Part shown: one piece after another, positions 9,434 to 16,422 of the stretch
How the letters are laid out: each line of letters begins with the position of its first letter
How positions within the stretch are numbered: the first letter of the stretch is position 1
DNA from: Acidothermus cellulolyticus 11B
Lineage (GTDB): Bacteria; Actinomycetota; Actinomycetes; Acidothermales; Acidothermaceae
Assembly (NCBI RefSeq): GCF_000015025.1
Contig: NC_008578.1
Span: forward strand, 2,411,541 to 2,443,540
Direction: 5' to 3'
Length of the DNA: 32,000 nucleotides
Position numbers and translations under genes: made by a program
The notes under the pieces: model-generated
Told to the model about the DNA's origin: nothing
Database searches by the model: none
Seen by the model: the letters and a program-made list of their open reading frames with translations, nothing else

Positions 9434-9462
9434 GGAGATCTCCGGTGACCTACATCGATGTA
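9434..9462. promoter_or_regulatory. two perfect palindromes in the cca / orphan-gene divergent spacer
   Basis: GGAGATCTCC (9434-9443) and TACATCGATGTA (9451-9462). The second reuses the TACATCG/CGATGTA half-site of the PadR-proximal repeat. Confidence 0.35.
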
Positions 9463-9474
9463 CTTTTGTGCCGC

Positions 9475-9504
9475 TTATTGGTCACTCGCCCGTTCCGGTA
9501 GATT
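9475..9504 (+). promoter_or_regulatory. possible sigma-70-type promoter for the orphan-DUF6049-murJ transcription unit
   Basis: TTATTG-N18-TAGATT in the most AT-rich part of the spacer. The -10 element fits the actinobacterial TAnnnT form. This is pattern match only. Confidence 0.3.
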
Positions 9505-9595
9505 CAGCGGAAATTATGCCGGACGCCTCTTCCTTTTCCGTTCCCGGATGCCTAATGTGATGACACCCGGATGCCCTTCCCCTGAGCGAGGTCAC

Positions 9596-10231
9596 ATGAA
9601 GGGTCCGCTCGACATCCACTGCTACCTCCTCGATTACGACGTCTCACACGAGATCGTCCGACTGAGGCGGCCAGTGGCCCATGCCCAGGAACTCCCCGAC
9701 GCTCTCGGCGTCCCGGCTGACCGCTGCGTCATCGCCCATCCCTTCAGTGCCGAGCACGCTGGTCTTACCCGGCTGACCATCCTGCTGGCCCCGGCGAGCA
9801 CCCGGTTGGAACTGCTGGGTTGCCAAACCGTGCTGGCCCGCCTGCTCCAGGACATGCTCGACGTTCCGGTCACCGTCCGGCCCGCGGGCGCAGAGCTTGT
9901 CAGCCGGCACACGGACTACGTCGCGAGCCATCTGGCGCCGCTCCTGCTGCCCAACGACGTCCCGGTCTTCGCCACCCCGTCCCTTGACGCCCTTGGCGCC
10001 GTCGTGATCTATACGGCGACAGGTGACAGCGGGACCGCGCTCGCCATCCCGGCCGGGGATTTGATCACCTTGGTGGGTGCGCGGATCGCGCCGGTCGAGA
10101 CCCGGAACCTCATCGTGCTCGAGCCGACAACCCGCCGGTCGGCTGCCCGGCTGCCGGAGCCGGCACTCCATGCCCGACTGGATCCACGGTCCACCGGGGT
10201 TCCCCACCCGCCGCTCACCGCAGCGATCTGA
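9596..10231 (+). CDS. hypothetical protein (orphan; no motif recognised)
   Basis: 212 codons. Third positions are overwhelmingly G/C, as in neighbouring real genes. ATG at 9596 has GAGCGAGG upstream; codons upstream of 9596 in the longer ORF have low GC3. No TM helix, no signal peptide and no Nudix box. It ends 39 bp before the next gene. Confidence 0.65.
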   Translation: MKGPLDIHCYLLDYDVSHEIVRLRRPVAHAQELPDALGVPADRCVIAHPFSAEHAGLTRLTILLAPASTRLELLGCQTVLARLLQDMLDVPVTVRPAGAELVSRHTDYVASHLAPLLLPNDVPVFATPSLDALGAVVIYTATGDSGTALAIPAGDLITLVGARIAPVETRNLIVLEPTTRRSAARLPEPALHARLDPRSTGVPHPPLTAAI

Positions 10232-10270
10232 CCAGACTCACCACGCGTCACCCCGGTACCCGTCGTCCCG

Positions 10271-12733
10271 GTGTTTTCGGGAACCGGGCCCGCGGCGGCG
10301 CGTCGCTACGATCGACCCGTGGCGCGGACTGCGGGGACGGCGCGATCCAATCGGCACGTCGTGCCCTGGTCGCACCGGATCGGCCGGCTGATTGCGCTCG
10401 TCATCACTGTGGGCGCAGCGCTGGCGCTGCCGCCGCCTTCGGCTTCCGCCGCCGACACGCCGGTCGCCCGCCTGACCCTCCAGACGCTCGAGCCCCGCGT
10501 CGTCCAGCCGGGTGACACGCTGTCGCTCGCAGGGACGCTGACCAACACCTCCGACGCGACGCTGCACGACGTCACCGTCGTCCTCCGGCTCTCGACGAAC
10601 CGCATCACGACCCGATATGACCTCGCGAAGGATTTCGACCCGTCAACCATCACCGGATCGACGATCGCGGCTTCGCGACAGCAGCTTGGCGACCTCGCCG
10701 CGGGTTCGACCGTCTCGTGGCGGATCAGCTTACCGGTCGATCGACTCGGCCTTCCACGTGATCCGGACCAGTTCGGCGCCTACCCCCTGGCGGTCGAGGC
10801 GCACACGGCCGACAATGTCCCAGGCTCGGTGCCGGGCGGGATGACCCGGCTGGCCACCGCTCTGCTCTGGCTGCCGCCGAACGCGCACTTCGTTCCCACC
10901 GAGATCAGTTGGGTCATCCCCCTGGTCGGCGGCATTCATCGCGGAATGGGACAGACCTTCCTCGATGACCGACTTGCGCAGGACCTGGCACCCACCGGGC
11001 GGCTGGGCAGCCTGCTGGCCGCTGCGACACATAGCCGCATTCCCATCACCTACGCGATCGATCCCGCTTTGATCGACGATGCCGCCGTCATGGCGGGAAC
11101 ACCGCAAGAACCACCATCCCCCGCAGGATCATCCGGCTCCGCCGGCTCCACGCCGAACCCGCCCCTGAGCAACCCCAATCCGACATCCGGTGCAGCCGGC
11201 GGCGCGGCCCAGAGCCCTTCGGCACCACCAACGGCGTCCGCGACGCCCCACGCGTCCGCGACGCCCCACGCGACCGCGCCCCCCTACACCGTTCGCAGCG
11301 ACCACGGCGTGCGGGCCGGAACAGGAACCGCGGCTGCGGATCAATGGCTGCGGCACCTCCGGGAGGCACTCGCTGCGCCGGAGGTCGGCGTCTTCGGTCT
11401 GCCCTACGCGGATGTCGATCTCACCGCACTTGATCACGCCGGCCTGCCCGACGACATCGCCGCCGCCCGGTCCGCCGGCCAGATCACGCTCAATGCCCAA
11501 CTTGGCGGCCTGCTTGCCGGTAATCCCAACGTCATGACCGGTACGGTCTGGCCGGTCGGCGGATATCTCGACACCCGCACGCTGGACGACATCGCTAACG
11601 ACCTTGTCGACACTGTCGTCCTCAGCGACGACGCATTGCCGACGCGTGACCCCGATGCGGTGCCGGGCATCCGGGTCGATCTGCAAACGCCGTCCGGCCG
11701 GGTGACCGCACTCCTCGCGGACTCCACACTCACCGGACTGCTCGCCGCGCCCGAGACCGTGCCCGGCGGTCTGCGAGCCGCGGAGCAGCGTTTCCTTGCT
11801 GAGACCATGCTCGTCACCGAACAACGGCCGGGTGTCGGCAGTGCTCTCGTGGTGACACCGCCGCGGTTCGTCGATCCTCGCGACGGCTTTCTCGGACAGC
11901 TCCTCGCGGATACGGCGGTCGTGCCGTGGCTGCGTCCCGTGACGCTCGCCGCCATCGCGCAACGGCCGCCGGATGAGACACCGCGAGCCGGCCTGCGTTA
12001 TCCGGACGCCGCCCGCCAGGCGGAATTGCCCGCGAGTGCCCTGGCCCGCGTGCCTATTGCCCGCGATGAACTGGCGGCGTTCACCGCGATCCTGGGACCG
12101 GGCACCGTGGTGCCCATCGTCGATCAAGCGAATCTCGGGATTCTCCGGGCCGAGTCGGCCAACCTTCGGCCGGAACCGCGAGAGCCGGCCGCCATCCTCA
12201 ACGACGTCCTCACCGCTGTTCAGCAAGAGACCGCGAAGGTCTACATCAGCAATCCCGGTCTCATTACGCTGACGAGCCGAACGCAGAAGATTCCGCTCAC
12301 CGTCGTCAACCAACTGCCCAACCCGGTCACCGTGCGGCTGCGCCTGGCGGCGGTGAACCCGACGCGGTTGACCGTCGGCCCGATCCCGGAACTCACCGTT
12401 CCGGCGAACAGCCGGCAAGATGTTTTGATCGAGGTGACCGCGCGAACGAACGGCCGATTCCCGGTGTTGGCGCAGCTGCTGACTCCAGACCTGGCGGAGC
12501 GCCCGTACGGTACCCCCGTCTCCTTTCAGCTCAACGCCACGGCGTACGGCGCAGTCGCCCTCACCATCGCCGCCGGAGCCGCCGGCCTGCTCATCGTCTG
12601 GTCAGCAATCCGGATCTGGCGTCGGCGGCGCCACGGCCGGCACCGCCGCACGCCGCCGACCCCCGCGGCCGGTCCACCAGCCGACGACACCGCCAAGACC
12701 TCGGTTCCGGGTACGCCGGGAGAGCTCACGTGA
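10271..12733 (+). CDS. large exported protein with C-terminal membrane anchor, Rv3909-position / DUF6049-like (family name from memory)
   Basis: 820 aa. N-terminal signal-like helix RIGRLIALVITVGAALALPPPSASA, a central Pro/Ser/Ala-rich linker, the C-terminal TM helix AVALTIAAGAAGLLIVWSAI and a basic tail. Its stop overlaps the murJ start (GTGA). Confidence 0.8.
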   Translation: MFSGTGPAAARRYDRPVARTAGTARSNRHVVPWSHRIGRLIALVITVGAALALPPPSASAADTPVARLTLQTLEPRVVQPGDTLSLAGTLTNTSDATLHDVTVVLRLSTNRITTRYDLAKDFDPSTITGSTIAASRQQLGDLAAGSTVSWRISLPVDRLGLPRDPDQFGAYPLAVEAHTADNVPGSVPGGMTRLATALLWLPPNAHFVPTEISWVIPLVGGIHRGMGQTFLDDRLAQDLAPTGRLGSLLAAATHSRIPITYAIDPALIDDAAVMAGTPQEPPSPAGSSGSAGSTPNPPLSNPNPTSGAAGGAAQSPSAPPTASATPHASATPHATAPPYTVRSDHGVRAGTGTAAADQWLRHLREALAAPEVGVFGLPYADVDLTALDHAGLPDDIAAARSAGQITLNAQLGGLLAGNPNVMTGTVWPVGGYLDTRTLDDIANDLVDTVVLSDDALPTRDPDAVPGIRVDLQTPSGRVTALLADSTLTGLLAAPETVPGGLRAAEQRFLAETMLVTEQRPGVGSALVVTPPRFVDPRDGFLGQLLADTAVVPWLRPVTLAAIAQRPPDETPRAGLRYPDAARQAELPASALARVPIARDELAAFTAILGPGTVVPIVDQANLGILRAESANLRPEPREPAAILNDVLTAVQQETAKVYISNPGLITLTSRTQKIPLTVVNQLPNPVTVRLRLAAVNPTRLTVGPIPELTVPANSRQDVLIEVTARTNGRFPVLAQLLTPDLAERPYGTPVSFQLNATAYGAVALTIAAGAAGLLIVWSAIRIWRRRRHGRHRRTPPTPAAGPPADDTAKTSVPGTPGELT
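11234..11287 (+). repeat. in-frame 18-bp tandem repeat inside the DUF6049-like gene
   Basis: GCGTCCGCGACGCCCCAC occurs twice perfectly, followed by a degenerate third copy. It encodes ASATPH-ASATPH-ATAPPY. Confidence 0.85.
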
Positions 12734-14409
12734 CCGGCCCGCACCGCGCCGCCGGGACCATTCGCCCGGGACATGCCGAGCGTTCCGTGGACAGCGGACT
12801 GGTCGCCGCAAGCGGGGTCATGGCCCTCGGAACTCTCGCCTCCCGGGTCACCGGCTTTCTGCGGACCGCGGTGCTCGCCGCGGCGCTCGGCTCACAGCAG
12901 CTCGCCGACGCCTACAACGTCCCGAACGCGGCGCCCAATGCGCTGTACGACCTGTTGCTTGGGGGCGTTCTGACGAGCGTCGTCGTTCCGTTGCTCGTTC
13001 GCGCCGCCAAAGAAGATTCGGACAGCGGAGTAGCGTACGCCCAGCGGTTCCTCACTCTTGTCGCGGTCTTTCTCGGCGCGTGCACGGTATGTGCCGTCCT
13101 CGCCGCGCCTTGGATCATCGACGTCTATGCGAACCGGTTGTCCGGGCAGCAGCGCGACCTGGCAATCGTCTTCGCCCGGTATTTCTTGCCGCAGATTTTC
13201 TTCTACGGCCTGAGCGCCACGATCGGAGCCATTCTCAACAGCCGCGGCAAATTCGCCGCTCCGATGTGGACTCCTGTCATCAACAATGTCGTGCTCATCA
13301 TTACCGGACTGCTATTTTTGGCGATGAACTCGGGTCACGCCACGGTGAATCTCACCACGGGGGAACAAGTGCTGCTTGGCGTGGGCACCACCGGGGGTAT
13401 CGTTGCGCAGACGCTGGCGCTCTGGCCGTCGCTGCGGGCGACGGGATTTCGGTGGCGTCCGCGGTTCGACTGGTGGGGCATGGGCCTTGCGGAGATCGCT
13501 CGGCTCGCCGGGTGGGTCGTCGTCTACGTTGTCGTCAACCAAATTGGTTTTGCCGTCGTCACCAATCTGGCGAGCGCTGCAGGCCGGGTCGCCGCTGCAC
13601 ACCACATTTCGCACGGGGACAGCTACGCCGCATACGCGTACGCCTATCAGATTTTTCAACTGCCGTACGCCATCGTCGCGGTTTCCGTCATCACCGCACT
13701 GCTGCCGCGGATGAGCGCACACGCCGTCGACCGGCGCACCGCGGAGGTCCGGCGCGACCTTTCCGTCGGGCTCCGGCTCTCCGGCGTCGCCGTCGTCCCC
13801 GCGGCAATCGCATTCATCGCACTGGCGCCGGAAATCACCGGAATCATCTTCGCGCACGGCAACACGTCCGCCGCCGACGCACGCTACATCGGCTGGCTGC
13901 TCGTCGCCTTTGCCACCGGACTCGTCCCGTTCTGCCTCTTTCAGCTGTTCACCCGGGTGTTCTACGCCCTGCGCGACACCCGGACACCGGCGCTCATCAA
14001 CCTCCTCGCCACCGCCGCCAACATCGCCGCGGACGTCGTGTTATACGTCGTCCTGCCGCCCGGCAGCCGCGCGATCGGGCTGGCCGCCGGGTTCTCCCTC
14101 TCCTACTGGATCGCGTGCGCCCTGCTCGGCCGGGCCGCGAGGGTCCGGCTCGGTGGCGTGGACGGCCGCCGGGTCACCCGAACCTACGTCCGCCTTGTCG
14201 TCGCCGGCACAATCGCCGGCATCGTCGCCTTCAGCCTTGCACGGTTGGTCCACCTCCTGCTCGGCACCGGCCTGGCACCGGATGTCGTAGCGATCGTCGC
14301 CGGCGGGGGCATCGGCGCCGGAATCTTCGGGGCCCTCCTGGTGCGCATGCGGGTGTCGGAGGCCGGCGAGTTGCTCGCCGCGGTGCGCGCGCGGTTCGGC
14401 TCGAGCTGA
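12730..14409 (+). CDS. murJ: lipid II flippase MurJ (MviN), flippase domain only
   Basis: VMALGTLASRVTGFLRTAVLAAALG...YNVPNAAPNALYDLLLGGVLTSVVVPLL...FFYGLSATIGAILNS is a typical MurJ/MOP signature with about 14 helices. 559 aa with no fused kinase-like domain. The exact start is uncertain. Confidence 0.92.
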   Translation: MTGPHRAAGTIRPGHAERSVDSGLVAASGVMALGTLASRVTGFLRTAVLAAALGSQQLADAYNVPNAAPNALYDLLLGGVLTSVVVPLLVRAAKEDSDSGVAYAQRFLTLVAVFLGACTVCAVLAAPWIIDVYANRLSGQQRDLAIVFARYFLPQIFFYGLSATIGAILNSRGKFAAPMWTPVINNVVLIITGLLFLAMNSGHATVNLTTGEQVLLGVGTTGGIVAQTLALWPSLRATGFRWRPRFDWWGMGLAEIARLAGWVVVYVVVNQIGFAVVTNLASAAGRVAAAHHISHGDSYAAYAYAYQIFQLPYAIVAVSVITALLPRMSAHAVDRRTAEVRRDLSVGLRLSGVAVVPAAIAFIALAPEITGIIFAHGNTSAADARYIGWLLVAFATGLVPFCLFQLFTRVFYALRDTRTPALINLLATAANIAADVVLYVVLPPGSRAIGLAAGFSLSYWIACALLGRAARVRLGGVDGRRVTRTYVRLVVAGTIAGIVAFSLARLVHLLLGTGLAPDVVAIVAGGGIGAGIFGALLVRMRVSEAGELLAAVRARFGSS

Positions 14410-14457
14410 TACGGGGGTACGCCGCCCGGAGACGACGCCATCACGCATGCAACGCGC

Positions 14458-14493
14458 CGAGCCCGAGCCCGACGTCGAGCCCGAGCCCGACGC
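14458..14493. repeat. 18-bp tandem duplication x2
   Basis: CGAGCCCGAGCCCGACGT / CGAGCCCGAGCCCGACGC, downstream of murJ. Confidence 0.85.
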
Positions 14494-14526
14494 CCGCGGA
14501 AACGCCCACGACCCACATCCGAGTCG

Positions 14527-14582
14527 CCCGCCGCTGCGTCCCCTCGGGGTTACCCGCCGCTGCGTCCCGTCGGGGTTACCGC
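14527..14582. repeat. 26-bp tandem duplication x2.2
   Basis: CCCGCCGCTGCGTCCCCTCGGGGTTA / CCCGCCGCTGCGTCCCGTCGGGGTTA / CCGC (25 of 26 identical). Confidence 0.9.
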
Positions 14583-14634
14583 TCTCAAGCCCGGACCGCC
14601 AGGCGCCGACCTCACAGGCGAGGTGACAGCGGCG

Positions 14635-15063
14635 ATGACACACAAGGTGCGCTGGGTGATCGCCGTCCCCGCCCCCGCCGGCGACCGTGGCGACATCGTG
14701 CTGGGTTGGCTCGCCCGTGTCGTCGTTGGGATCGTGGCGGTTGCTCTTGTGTGCTTCGACGGCTTCTCCATTGCGATCGCTCACCTCAGTGCCATCGATG
14801 ACGCCGACAAGGCGGCCATTGCAGCCAGTTCCGCCTGGCAGTCCAGCCACGGCGATACCGCGGCCGCTGCGCATGCGGCCCAGGTGGTCGCGGCGGAACA
14901 CGGAGAAACGCTGGTCGCGAACAGCCTTTCCGTCTCGGCGGACGGCACGGCGGACCTGACGATTCGCAAAACCGCCACGACGCTGCTGCTGCGCCACCTT
15001 GGCCCGCTTCGCACGTGGGCGGTGGTCACCGCTCATGGCGAGGCGAGGTACACCGCGCCATGA
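14635..15063 (+). CDS. hypothetical small membrane-anchored protein (one N-terminal TM helix; architecture loosely TadE-like)
   Basis: ATG at 14635 has GAGGTG 9 nt upstream (alternative GTG at 14623). The helix IVLGWLARVVVGIVAVALVCF is followed by an Ala-rich soluble domain of about 95 aa. The stop overlaps the next start (ATGA). High GC3. Confidence 0.6.
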   Translation: MTHKVRWVIAVPAPAGDRGDIVLGWLARVVVGIVAVALVCFDGFSIAIAHLSAIDDADKAAIAASSAWQSSHGDTAAAAHAAQVVAAEHGETLVANSLSVSADGTADLTIRKTATTLLLRHLGPLRTWAVVTAHGEARYTAP

Positions 15064-16184
15064 CGGTCCTTTACGGCCGGCGCGGAAGTGCTGTGCGCCG
15101 TCGGCGTCGCATCGTCGGTATGGCGTTCGCGCTGCTCAGCCTGGTCGGTGCGACCGTGATTCTCCCGCCCCGGGCGGCGTCTGGTGATCCCCTCGACGAC
15201 GCCCGCGCCAAAGCAGCCGCCCTCCGTGACACCGTCGCGCGGCTGCAGCTGCAGGCGGAGCAGGCATCGGAACGGTACGACGCCGCCGAGGCACAGCTCG
15301 CGGATCTCGTCGTACGGGAACGCGCCGCGCAACTGCGGGCTGACGCCGCGCGCTCAGCCCTCGATGCGGCGCAGGCGACTCTTGTCGGCCGGATCCGTGC
15401 GCTGTACATGGCCGGCGGGACACTCGGGATGTACGCGACCGTGTTGAGCGGCGGGAACCCCGCGCAGATCCTCACCGGCCTGCACGACGTCGCGGTGCTC
15501 TCCACCGGTGACCGACATGCATTGCAGATCGTCCAGCGCAGCCGCGCTGAGCTGGACGCCGCCGCCGCCGCAGTGGCGGCACTGGTTCAGCAGCACGCGG
15601 ACCTGCTCGCCGCCGCAGCCGCCGCCGAGGCGCAGGTGCAGCAAGCACTGGCTGAGCAGCAGGCGGCGTTGGACGCCGCCACTGCTCAAGTCCGTGCGCT
15701 CGAGGCTCAGCTCGAGGCCCAGCTTGAGGCCCAGCGCGCGGCCGAGGCTGCCGCCGCGCTCGCGGCCGCCCGGCAAGCCGCCTTTCAGGCCGGTTATCGC
15801 CCACCGCAGCCGAGCCGCATCGCGCTTGCCGCGATCGCGGCTGCGGAGACGCAGCTCGGCAAGCCGTACGAGTACGGCGGTTCCGGACCCGACAGCTGGG
15901 ATTGCTCAGGGCTCACGCAATTTGCGTACCGGCAGGCCGGCGTTTTCCTGCCCCGCACCGCGGCGGAACAATTTCTCGCCGTCGCCGAGAAGGTTCCGCT
16001 CGGTGAGCTCATCCCTGGGGATTTGCTCTTCTGGGCCACCGATCCGACGAATCCGGCCACGATTCATCACGTCGCGATTTATCTGGGCGACGGCCGAATG
16101 CTTGCCGCGCCGCACACGGGAACCGTCGTCCAAATCCAAGATGTCTACCTCGACGGATATTTCGGCGCGGTGCGGCCGGGTTGA
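15060..16184 (+). CDS. secreted coiled-coil NlpC/P60 (C40) peptidoglycan endopeptidase, RipA-like architecture
   Basis: Arg-rich signal RRRRRIVGMAFALLSLVGATVILPPRAASG. About 230 aa of Ala/Gln/Leu coiled coil including LEAQLEAQLEAQ. C-terminal catalytic domain GKPYEYGGSGPDSWDCSGLTQFAYRQAG...HHVAIYLGDGRMLAAPHTG carries the Cys-His pattern. Confidence 0.88.
   Translation: MTVLYGRRGSAVRRRRRIVGMAFALLSLVGATVILPPRAASGDPLDDARAKAAALRDTVARLQLQAEQASERYDAAEAQLADLVVRERAAQLRADAARSALDAAQATLVGRIRALYMAGGTLGMYATVLSGGNPAQILTGLHDVAVLSTGDRHALQIVQRSRAELDAAAAAVAALVQQHADLLAAAAAAEAQVQQALAEQQAALDAATAQVRALEAQLEAQLEAQRAAEAAAALAAARQAAFQAGYRPPQPSRIALAAIAAAETQLGKPYEYGGSGPDSWDCSGLTQFAYRQAGVFLPRTAAEQFLAVAEKVPLGELIPGDLLFWATDPTNPATIHHVAIYLGDGRMLAAPHTGTVVQIQDVYLDGYFGAVRPG
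15699..15734 (+). repeat. in-frame 12-bp repeat x3 in the NlpC/P60 coiled coil
   Basis: CTCGAGGCTCAG / CTCGAGGCCCAG / CTTGAGGCCCAG encodes LEAQ three times. Confidence 0.85.
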
Positions 16185-16219
16185 CGCCGGCGGGATGGAA
16201 ACACGTTGACCGGCGACCT

Positions 16220-16290
16220 CTTTCCGTTTGAGAACGCCGCTTTCCGTTTGAGAACGGTTTGAGAACGCCGCTTTCCGTTTGAGAACGCCG
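16220..16290. repeat. 20-bp tandem array, about 3.5 copies, each carrying a GTTTGAGAAC mini-palindrome
   Basis: CTTTCCGTTTGAGAACGCCG at 16220, 16240 (with an internal 11-bp re-duplication) and 16271. GTTTGAGAAC at 16226, 16246, 16257 and 16277. Confidence 0.9.
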
Positions 16291-16422
16291 TTGCTTTTCA
16301 GCGCCGGCAGCTGGCGTCAGCTTGATGCCCGCGTCCCTTCCCGCCGCCGGCGGCCGTGCGTGCGGCCTAGCATGGAGGGCGGCGAAGCGGAACGCACACG
16401 ATGCGGCGGCGGAGGGCTGGTC

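Noticed and set aside
9596-10231. The orphan gene as a divergent Nudix (MutT4) hydrolase, as expected from synteny.
   Set aside because: No GX5EX7REUXEEXGU-like Nudix box is visible anywhere in the 212 residues. A fold-level search could still overturn this.
12724-12734. The shared 11-mer TCACGTGACCG at two gene junctions (DUF6049/murJ at 12724 and sigma/anti-sigma at 18594), considered as parS-like or regulatory sites.
   Set aside because: Only the 8-bp TCACGTGA core matches parS. Both copies are explained by the same ACG-TGA / GTG-ACC overlapping stop-start arrangement.
14410-14634. A ydaO-type c-di-AMP riboswitch upstream of the NlpC/P60 module.
   Set aside because: The conserved ydaO sequence blocks are not visible; in particular the 3' CAGCUAACCUCGUAAGC-like segment is missing. 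The apparent internal symmetry is explained by a simple 26-bp tandem duplication.
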